64,000 bases of DNA from Macrostomum lignano (Eukaryota): positions 1 to 64,000 of the forward strand of contig NIVC01002687.1 of assembly GCA_002269645.1 (NCBI GenBank). The letters run 5' to 3'. The position numbers and the translations under genes were made by a program. A model generated the notes under the pieces. That model had not been told where the DNA came from. It did not search any database and saw only the letters and a program-made list of their open reading frames with translations. Positions 1 to 15,999 of this stretch are shown here, piece after piece (the first letter of the stretch is position 1; every line of letters starts with the position of its first letter).

Positions 1-231
1 CTCTCCCTGACCCACTTCTATACCCTCTCCCTCACTCTTTTGTATACCCTCTCCCTGACCCCAGTTTGCTGACCCCTGAGCACACACACAAGCCTTTGCA
101 GCTGAGATCAGCTTGTTAAATTTACACGCGTATCAAACGGTGTTACGAAAGTCCATTTCAATCTCGGTTTGCAAAAAATTCAAATTTCAGCTGCAGCGCC
201 AAACGAGGCCAAACAGTCGCGCCTAGTCGCC

Positions 232-3200
232 ATGGCAACGGCCTCATCATCGGATTTCCCCTATCCCGTCCAGCATCCGATGCAGTTTCCGCATCCTCAG
301 CATCATCATCAGCATCAGCAGCAGCTTCATCACTGCCAGAATGGGTCCAACCCGTTCTATTCTCAGCAGCTGCCCAACGGAGCCAGATCCGTGCCCGCCT
401 ATCCCAGCTTCCCTCTGCAGCATCAGCAGCTTCATCCGGGGCTGCACCAGCCTCCGCCGTGTCCCAGTTACCCACAGCACCAGCAGCTGCAGACCCAGCC
501 GCACTGGCAGTACGCATCTCACGGAGCTTACACACCGCTGTTCCAGCAACTCAGTACCAGCAGCACCAGCTCCAGCAGATGTCGCCAGCCACTCAACAGC
601 CAACATTTCAGCAGCAGCTCGGCCGCGGTGCCAAGAAGCGAGCGCTGTCCCAGTCGTCAGTGGAGAACGCCGGCTGCTGCACCATCGAGCTCAACCAGGT
701 GACCGCCTCGCACGACTGTCTGTCATGGATTCCCGTGCTCGGAGGCGGCGGTAGCGGCGCGTCAGGCTCGCCCAGCTCCCGGGGCAGCCAGGGCTCCATC
801 GGGCATCTCTCGGCGGCGTCTTTCGGCAGCATCGGCGCTGGTGGCGGCGGCGGCAACTCGCCGCTGTTTTCGCCGACAGCGACGCCTCCGAATAGCGTGG
901 CGGCGGCCCGGCGGCTGCGGCAGCTGCGGCAGCTTTCTACCGTCGCAAATCGAACACGAACAACGCCGCCGCCGCTGCTGCCACTGCCGCCGTCAGCAAG
1001 CGGCAAGTCCGTCCGTTGGCGATGCCGGCAGTTCAACAGTTGCTGCTGCCGACAACGAAGATGACGGACCGGAAGCTGCGGGAAGCGAGGCGGACAGAAG
1101 AGCAGCCGATGATGAGGCTGATGATGACGAGGAGGCCGACGGGACCAGTGGCGAAATTCTGGCGACGGTGTGCCGGTGGTGAACTGTGGCTGCAGTGCGG
1201 CACCAATGCTGAGCTGGTTGAAGTAAGCTGACCTGCTTCATTTAACCCTGACTTCATGAACCTGTGAACCCGTGAACCTATGTTCCCGTGAACCTATGAG
1301 CCGAGAGCCTGTGAACCATGAACCTATGAATCCGTGAACCTATAAGTCCATGAACCTATGAACCCGTGAATCTATGAACTCGTGAATCTATGAACCCGTG
1401 AATCTATGGACTCGTGAGCCTATAAACCCGTGAACCTATTAACCTGTGAATCTATGAACCCATGAACCCATGAACCCATGAACCTATGAACCCATGAGCC
1501 TATGAACCCATGAGCCTATAAACCCATGAACCCATGAACCTAAGAATCTGAGAACCTATAAGTCCGTCAACCTTTGAACATCCGCCTCCCGCAGCACGTG
1601 AACGATGTCCACGTGAAAGGCAGCGGGGACAGCAAGGAGTTCGTGTGCCATTGGATTGGCTGCAGCCGCAACCAAAAGCCGTTTAAAGCGCTGTACATGC
1701 TGAACGTGCACGTGAGGCGCCACACGGGAGAAAGACCCTACAGATGCACCGTGAGTCGCTGGTTCGTAGAGTGCACTATTGCGGAAGTTTCAGAGTCCAG
1801 AAAAGTCTGTGTCTTGATTGAAAAAAACCACAAATGTTAAAAGACAATTCGATTCCTTGTGACCTCCTCTATACCCTCTCCCTTCTATACCCTCTCCCTT
1901 CTATACCCTCTCCCTTCTATACCCTCTCCCTTCTATACCCTCTCCTTCTATACCCTCTCCCTTCTATACCCTCTCCCTTCTATACCCTCTCCCTTCTATA
2001 CCCTCTCCCTTCTATACCCTCTCCCTTCTATACCCTCTCCCTTCTATACCCTCTCCCTTCTATACCCTCTCCCTTCTATACCCTCTCCCTTCTATACCTC
2101 TCCCTTCTATACCCTCTCCCTTCTATACCCTCTCCCTTCTATACCCTCTCCCTTCTATACCTCTCCCTTCTATACCCTCTCCTTCTATACCCTCTCCCTT
2201 CTATACCTTCTCCTGACCCTGAATCCGAAAACTGAGTTACTGAGTAGAGAACGGATCTCCTGTTTTAGCTATAATCCCGCATTCTAAGAAACACCAAATT
2301 AATTTGAGCAGTAATTAATCTAACAGTAATTTAAACACAAGTCTGAGTCATTTGAGGTCACTTTCTTGAGCTTGTAACTTCAAATTATTTTAACAATGAT
2401 GTTTAATAGCTTTGTGAAGTTAGAAGGTTCTTAAACTTTCGAGCTTAGTGGAGTTTCAAGTCTAGTAAAATTTCGAGTTTAGAGTTCAAGTTTCGAGTTT
2501 CGAGTTTCGAGCTTGTAAAATCTCAAATTCCCCAAGCAACGCCATTGATTCGCCTCTCTTACCCGCCCCTTCATGCAACAGTACCCCGGCTGCACCAAGG
2601 CCTACTCCCGCCTGGAGAACATGAAGACGCATTTCCGGTCGCACACCGGTGAGAAGCCCTATTGTTGCGAGGAGGTGCTGCGCCAAAGCCTTCTCAAACG
2701 CTTCCGACCGAGCCAAGCACCAGAACCGGACTCACTCTGCCGAGAAGCCGTACCAGTGCCGCGCCGCTGCGGGCTGCGGCAAGCGTACACGGACCCCAGC
2801 TCTCTGCGGAAGCACATCAAAACCGTGCACGGCGCCGAGGCCTACGCTTCTAAGAAAATCAAGGGCGAGAGTTGGAGCTCCAAGGCTGAGGAGAATCGGC
2901 TGAGACGATACGGAAAACTGCTGGAGCAGCGGCGGCGGCAGCGGAGGCGTCAACAACGGCGGCACCCCAATGAGCAGCACATCGGACTCGATGCACAGCG
3001 GCGGCGGCAGCGGTGTTGGATGCGGCGGTGCCAGCCCGATGTCGGCAGCTCGCCAGTTCTCAGCTGAGCGACAGTCGAACCGGCTTAATCCGAGCAGCTT
3101 AGCGACGAGTTCCAAGCAGACGACGAGGGCTATTTCGCTCCGATGCTGTTGCCGTCGCAGCGCGTCCTCGACTCCGGCGGCGACGTTCTGGTGGCGCGGC

Positions 3201-6200
3201 GCCGGCTCGGATGTCGCGACTCTGTCGACTACGACAAGGAAAAGTCGCAGCTCCAGCGGCGCCGGTGATCAAGCGCGAGCTGCCGAGGACCGAGGAGCTG
3301 CTGGAAGCCGAGGGTTTGGACGGCTTGACTGCTGAGACGGGTGAGGATGGAGTTCGGGTTGGAGTGAAGCTGGAGATGGAGATCCGGGCTTGTGTTTCCT
3401 TAGTGAGACTGCTTGGGTAATATTGATGATATGGAGAAGATAGTAATGCTTGGTAGATTGTTATAGAAGCACTTGTATTGGGTAAAAAAGTAGACAGTAA
3501 TTCAGTGTGAAAGTAGACAGTAATTCAATGGGAAAGTAGACAGCAATTCAGTGTGAAAGTAGACAGCAATTCAGTGTGAAAGTAGACAGTAATTCAGAAG
3601 AAAAGTAGACAGTACTTCAGAGGGAAAGTAGACAGCAATTCAGTGTGAAAGTAGACAGTAATTCAGTGTGAAAGTAGACAGTAATTCAGTGTGAAAGTAG
3701 ACAGCAATTCAGTGTGAAAGTAGACAGTAATTCAGTGTGAAAGTAGACAGTAATTCAATGGGAAAGTAGACAGCAATTCAGTGTGAAAGTAGACAGTAAT
3801 TCAATGGGAAAGTAGACAGCAATTCAGTGTGAAAGTAGACAGTAATTCAGTGTGAAAGTAGACAGTAATTGAATGGGAAAGTAGACAGTAATTGAATGGG
3901 AAAGTAGACAGTAATTGAATGGGAAAGTAGGCAGTAATTCAATGGGAAAGTAGACAGTAATTGAATGGGAAAGTAGACAGTAATTGAATGGGAAAGTAGG
4001 CAGTAATTCAATGGGAAAGTAGACAGTAATTGAATGGGAAAGTAGACATTATTTCAATGTGAAAGTAGACAGTAATTGAATGGGAAAGTAGACATTAATT
4101 GAATGGGAAAGTAGACAGTAATTCAATGGGAAAGTAGACAGTAATTCAATGGGAAAGTAGACATTAATTGAATGGGAAAGTAGACAGTAATTCAATGGGA
4201 AAGTAGACAGTAATTGAATGGGAAAGTAGACATTATTTCAATGTGAAAGTAGACAGTAATTGAATGGGAAAGTAGACATTAATTGAATGGGAAAGTAGAC
4301 AGTAATTGAATGGGAAAGTAGACAGTAATTCGATGGGAAAGTAGACAGCAATTCAGTAGAAAAGTAGGCAGCAATTCAATAGAAAAGTAGGCAACAATTC
4401 AGTAGAAAAGTAGGCAACAATTCAGTAGAAAAGTAGACAACAATTCAGTAGAAAAGTAGACAACAATTCAGTAGAAAAGTAGGCAACAATTCAGTAGAAA
4501 AGTAGACAACAATTCAGTAGAAAAGTAGGCAGCAATGCTTTCCTGCATCAATTCTTAGGTGCCAGTCACCAGCTCGCTCAAGCGCGTTACGCAGTCGCAG
4601 ATGACGCCAGCACAGTCAGCTTCTGTCCCTCATCGTCTGGTCGGGGCTCTCTAGCGTCCGGCAGCGGTGGAAGCGCCGTTAGCAACGGCTACCAAGGAAA
4701 CAATAACAACAGAAGCAATAGCGGCATTAGCAACCAATTTCAGCCTCAACAACCGCAAGGCTGGTCACCAGGAGGATTAGGAATCCCCAGTCAGCAAGAA
4801 TTTCCCAACAGCAACGGCTCCTGGCGGAACCAGTGGGGATTCGGTAAGGTTTAAATCTTATTTAGCTGTAATTACTTGTGCTGACTACTACTTATTTGAT
4901 TGTTGAGTAGTCTGTTTAGAATGGCTTTTTTAAGCGTCAGAACTGCAGTGCCGTATTGGCATCCTAGGGTTTTGAAAACCAGCTATGTTGGCGCACATGC
5001 CAAAATCGAGCGCCTTTGACGCCGAAATGAGAGACAGAATGAGTGCCTGCGGCGCCAGAATGAGTGCCTGCGGCGCCAGAATGAGTGCCTGAGGCGCCAG
5101 AATGAGTGCCTGCGGCGCCAGAATGAGTGCCTGTGGCGCCAGAATGAGTGCCTGCGGCGCCAGAATGAGTGCCTGCGACGCTAGAATGAGTGTCTGTGGC
5201 GCCAAAATGAGTGCATGCGGCGCCAGAATGAGTGCCTGCGGCGCCAAAATGAGTGCCTGTGGCGCCAGAATGAGTGCCTGCGACGCCAGAATGAGTGCCT
5301 CCGACGCTAGAATGAGTGTCTGTGGCGCCAAAATGAGTGCATGCGGCGCCAGAATGAGTGCCTGCGGCGCCAGAATGAGTGCCTGCGGCGCCAGAATGAG
5401 TGCCTGTGGCGCCAGAATGAGTGCCTGTGGCGCCAGAATGAGTGCCTGCGGCGCCAGAATGAGTGCCTGCGGCGCCAGAATGAGTGCCTGCGGCGCCAGA
5501 ATGAGTGCCTGCGGCGCCAGAATGAGTGCCTGCGGCGCCAGAATGAGTGCCTGCGGCGCCAGAATGAGTGCTTGCGGCGCCAGAATGAGTGCCTGCGGCG
5601 CCAGAATGAGTGCCTGCGGCGCCAGAATGAGTGCCTGCGGCGCCAGAATGAGTGCTAATGACACCGATTTCCAAAATAATGTAGGAATTCAGTCATGTAG
5701 AATTTCCGGCTCTGTCCCCCACCAAAACATTTTTGGTGACGCTCCTGAAAGACGCGTTTATAACAAAATTCGATACAATTGTGCATAAATTTGTCTAGAA
5801 ACTAAAAAGTTAACGAGATTTCTTCGCTGAAATGACAAGCAAACACCATTGATTTCAACGAAATCCTTGTGGTTGTCTCCGACTCTTTTAAAAGCAGGCC
5901 AGCTGCCTCATCCGTGGACAGAGCCGCTTTATCAGCATCATCCAGTGCAGTCGCAGCAGCCAGCTGCTCAAGCTCCTCAACAGCACAGCCATCAGTCTTG
6001 TCCGCAGTGCTTGCAGCTGGCCCAGCGGCAGAATTGCACTTTCAGTCCAAACAGCTACCTCGGCAGAACCGGCAGACTTAGTCAGAATCAGAATCTCGAA
6101 TTGTCAGCAACGGATGTGCCGTCCGTGTCCATGGAAGACCTGACCAGACTTCCGGACCAGCAGCCAGTGGCGGAAGCTTTCAATTTAGAAGCAGCTGACG

Positions 6201-6268
6201 ACTGGCAGAATGCAGAGCATGGCTGCAGTTCTGCGAATATGGTGCTGGCGCAATGCCAGTGGGCCTAG
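232..6268 (+). CDS. GLI: GLI/Cubitus interruptus C2H2 zinc-finger transcription factor (5 exons in window; multiple apparent frameshifts)
   Basis: Exons ~191/232-1222, 1595-1750, 2582-3340, 4559-4843, 5895/5898-6268, all GT-AG with compatible phases. The GLI finger array is readable across frames: [16 protein letters not shown]|[101 protein letters not shown]. The N-terminus has KKRALS and SIGHLSA (SUFU-binding-like). The true start may lie upstream of the window. Confidence 0.93.
1259..1560. repeat. Degenerate TGAACCTATGAACCC-type minisatellite in GLI intron 1
   Basis: Repeated tgaacc(t/c)atgaa units visible from 1259 to about 1560. Confidence 0.85.
1865..2210. repeat. 16-bp minisatellite (CTATACCCTCTCCCTT)n in GLI intron 2
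   Basis: CTATAC recurs at 1869, 1885, 1901, 1917 and onward. Related units also occur at positions 1-60. Confidence 0.95.
3488..4533. repeat. 23-bp minisatellite (AAAGTAGACAGTAATTCAGTGTG)n in GLI intron 3
   Basis: Period 23 (3489, 3512 and onward), with variant blocks ending GTGTG, ATGGG or GTAGA. Confidence 0.95.
5037..5655. repeat. 21-bp minisatellite (GGCGCCAGAATGAGTGCCTGC)n in GLI intron 4
   Basis: About 29 near-perfect units. It explains the spurious ORFs at 4930-5788. Confidence 0.97.
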
Positions 6269-7439
6269 CCTAATAGCGCGATACAATAATTCAATTGTGT
6301 AATCATAGAATTTACGAATGTATATACCTGAGTATGTTCAGAACAATTTTTATAATTTTTACGACAATATTATGCTCAATAATGCAACCAGCTAGAGTGC
6401 CCTTACTATAACAACCTCCAAATTATTTGCTATTGATTCGTTTTTTTAACTCTTTATGGTTAGTTATTTGGATAATTTTTGTTTTGTTTAACTGATGTGC
6501 TATATATATTTCACCGTCATATCGCCGTTTAAATGGCGTACAAAGAAATTTGTAATTTTTATTTTAGTGAAATTGACTTAATTAAAAGTGATTGGCTTTG
6601 ATAAGTAAGGATTTAAAAATGTAGTCTATTTTTTTTATTAAATACTTGCATTAGAATTATTTTGCCTTAAGCTGTATTCCCATCTTTTAAAAACGACATG
6701 AAATCAAATAAATTTTTCTCGATAGTGCTGCCTAAACATTTTTAACAAATAAATTATATGCTATTAATATTTTTTCAGCTGACTCAGATTCAGTCTCAAT
6801 TTGAAATAAAATTATAGAATTATCAATCTCAATGATTGTGCTTTGTTTTATTCAAGCTATCTAGCATTTTCTGTGCTCAATCCGTTGTTTTTCTATAACT
6901 GAACTTAGGCACTCTTTTTTAGTTTTTGTTACCTTTGCTTGCAATTTATATTTTGTTATATCGCATGGAGCCATGTAAAATTATTCAGTTGAGACAACTG
7001 GGATAGAACACTTTGAGTTCGAAAACAGTACATAAAAAAATAAACTTATAAGTTTTAGCGCCAACAAAAAGCTAATTATTGCTCCGACTGTTTAAAAGGA
7101 AAACGTTCATGAGCATAGGTTTTGCAACGTTAATTAAATCAAACCAGTCATTTCGGCGAAAAACCTTTCTCGATACAGTATAAGTATTTTGTTTTAAACT
7201 AAAAGCAAAAGAGTGGGTGAAACAGTTTTGAATAGTAAAATAAAGTACGAGTTGAGATTGTAGTGCAATACAATAATTATTTTTTATGAGTGCCTGCATA
7301 TAATAAATGGTATTATATGGCGGAGGAGGGGGTGGGTAGTTGTAAGGTTGAACAGCGAGTTTGAGTGATTGATTTAAGAAATGAATATGAAGTCACGTTG
7401 TAAGCTTAAATTTACTTGTATACTAAAATCGGCGAGCAA

Positions 7440-7950
7440 GTACCCACGTGGAGGAGGTTGTCCTGCAGTCCGAGGCCCTGTCTGACCGCCAGAGGGCGGC
7501 GTTCCAGGCAGTGATCGAGACCGTCCTGCTGTACAACGCCGAGACCTGGACGCTGACGGAGTCGCTCGAGCAGCAAGTTGACGCGGCGCACGTTGGCCTG
7601 CTGCACACAGCCTTCAAGATCGGCTACGAGCGAGTCACCAATGCGGCACTCCATCGCCGCACCGGCCTGCTCCATCCCAGCGACCTGTTGCGCCGTCGGC
7701 AACTCCCAGCTGGCAGGCCATCATCCGAGCCGAGTCGTACTGCCCGTAGCCGGGGCAGGAGATGCTGCTGCTGACGCTGCAGGCACGGGGGGCGCACTCG
7801 GCGTTTTGTCGACTGCCTGCTGGCTGACGCCGGCGCCCCAGACACTGCCGGCGGTGCGGCCTACGATCGCGCCCAGGCCTTGAAACGCGCCTTGTGACAT
7901 TTGTGCCACGCTTGACTGGCTGACAGTGACAACGTATTTTGTTGTTGCTG
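7440..7950 (+). mobile_element. 5'-truncated, decayed RTE-clade non-LTR retrotransposon 3' end
   Basis: Encodes VLQSEALSDRQRAAFQAVIETVLLYNAETWTLTESLEQQVD...LRRRQL, the post-RT region typical of RTE-like LINEs (LLYxxETW, RRLxxxGH). It is homologous to 8212-8895 and 48325-48870 and ends in a T/GTT-rich tail. Confidence 0.8.
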
Positions 7951-8211
7951 TTGTATGAAGCCTCACATGATGTACATGTACCTGTATGAATGTAAAGTCT
8001 TTACAATGTCTTTCGACACTGGTTACTACGCTCGTAATAAAAAACAACAATTTGCTGTTCTCCCAGCGTCTCTTATTCCATAAAGTTATTTTTCTATTGT
8101 ATATTTGACCTGAATATAACAAGTTATTAATCGACAAAACTATTTTTAATAGCTTAAAAAATTATCAAAAAACTTACACTCTACTCCGCTCTGAAAATTG
8201 CATGCAGGTAC

Positions 8212-8895
8212 AAAAAACAAACAAAAACAAAATACGCGGCCCTGCGAGCAAAGTCAGTTAAAGCAGGGCGCGTCAGATGGCGCGCCGCAGAGCCTGGGAG
8301 CGAACAAAGTCCGCTCCGTTGGCAGTGTCGGGCGCCCCAGCGTCGCACAGCAGGCAGTCCACGTATCGACGGGTTCGGGCCTGACCCTGCCTGAACGGGC
8401 CCTGCAAGGTGAGCAGCAAGACGTCCTGAACAGGTTGGGGGCAGTAGCCCTCGGCCCGGATCACGTGGCCCGCCAGTTGAAGTCGCCGCCGGCGAAGGAT
8501 GATGGACGGGCGCTGCAGCTTGGCCCGATCGTACAGGGCCTCGGTCCCGACGCTCTTGTCTGCTCGAAAGGCTGCACGGAGCAGCCCTGAGTGCGCCGAG
8601 TCCATCTGCCGCTCCAGCGTAGCCGTCAGCGTCCACGTCTCGGCGTTGTAGAGCAGGACGGTTTCGACCACCGCCTGCCACAGCCGAGCCCTCTGGCGGT
8701 CGGGCAGCGCTTCGGACTGGAGGACGGCTCGGATCGAACGAAAGGCCGCCCAGGCGAGTCCTCTGCGCCGCCGGAGGTCCTCTTCCACGTGTGGCACCAG
8801 ACCGCCGAGGTAGGTGAACCGCTGGCAGCGTGCAAGCCTGGTCATCTGCCCGTCTGCGCCGCGGCACGTCAGGTCCGCTGGGGATGTCCGCTGGG
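8212..8895 (-). mobile_element. 5'-truncated RTE-clade LINE insertion with 10-bp target-site duplication
   Basis: ORF 8273-8845: FTYLGGLV..EEDLRRRRGLAWAAF...ETVLLYNAETWTLT...RRRRLQLAGHVIR. There is a TTTG-rich 3' tail, and ATGCAGGTAC is directly repeated at 8202-8211 and 8896-8905. Confidence 0.88.
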
Positions 8896-9707
8896 ATGCA
8901 GGTACGCAAGGGTCATAACAAAGACACCGATAAATACTAGTTCAAGTTTTCGCCGAAATGACACCAACCCTAATTGAAAACAAAGAAACATGCAGAAAGT
9001 CTGTCCGATTATCCCAACTGGGTAAATCAAGTTAAATACACGAAAACGATAGCTTTTATTCAACTGTTTATTTTGTTAAAATTTGAGTGTACATGTGCAG
9101 TGAATAATTAGACGAAAAATTGTAAAGTGGCAGCTGTGCATTTGAAACCAAGAATAAAAGAAATAATTCCAAGAAAACGGTGCATCATAGGAAAATTATT
9201 GAAAATCCTGAATCGCGTGGATAATTAATATGCGAATCAAATGAACATGCATATGAGACTAGCTTGCATGCAGATACAGGCGTACGCTGAATTGAGCAAA
9301 ACTGGATTTGCTGAGTTAATTGAGAAAAATATGTGCGACTAAAAACGCTAAGAATTGCAAATACTAATGGGTATTTTTATCGTGTCTGAGCATACATAAA
9401 ATTTACACACACACATGCAGTCCCCTTTGTGCCTGCATACCTGGATGCATAGCTGATCTAAATTTTAAATGCCCAAAATATAGTTTATAATTTCGGCAAG
9501 ACAAACATGCTATTCATACCGAACTAATTAAGCTTTCACAAAAGTGCTGAAGGGAATTAATTCATCTAGCAATCTACATATTGGAGGAGAATTTCTAGTA
9601 GGAATTCTCGCTATAGGGAAGCAAAGTTCCCGCGGGAATGGATTTTCATCAGAGTGGACATGCTACTTGTGTGAGAGTTCTAGCAGACCCGCGGGGTCCC
9701 GCCTGCT

Positions 9708-15515
<5,808 letters not shown>

Positions 15516-15999
15516 TTTCAAGCTCAAATTTTAATGCACACAACTTTACTATAAATTTAAAAATCTATCAAGCATATTTAATACTTTAAATAGTGGTTGC
15601 AACGATGTAACTAATCTGAAATTTAGAAAAATCTGCATCGGAAATTTAAGGGCAATTGATTTGAAGTTATTAAATGTATTATGATATCAAAGTCAAAAAA
15701 TTGCATTTCTAGTGTAAATATACTAAAATACTTTATTTAATGCAGTACCACATAAAAAAAATTAACCCATTAAATAATTGTTACAAAAGTCTTTAGCGTT
15801 TCGGCGATTAAAAATAATAAAATTAGTTTAGTTTAAATGAAACACGGTCAATTATATAAAGTTTTGAAATGAAATGATTATCCTTTTATTTTCTTAAATG
15901 GTTTTTTTGCTTTGCTGTTGCAGTGTTGCTTGATAAAGTGTGACGAATTGAATAGCTTTTCTTAAAATTTTACAAACAGCAAACGGTCTGTGGCATACA

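Noticed and set aside
158-1257. Overlapping antisense ORFs over GLI exon 1 (and over other GC-rich exons)
   Set aside because: These are shadow ORFs expected from GC-rich, codon-biased sequence and have no recognisable motifs.
4930-5788. Long repetitive ORFs (also 9950-10678, 13867-14611, 20855-21381, 23408-24399, 33492-34469, 35540-36302, 40026-41120, 51445-52392, 60219-60700, 62465-63016)
   Set aside because: They arise from stop-free tandem repeats, usually open in several frames and on both strands, and lie in introns of reconstructed genes.
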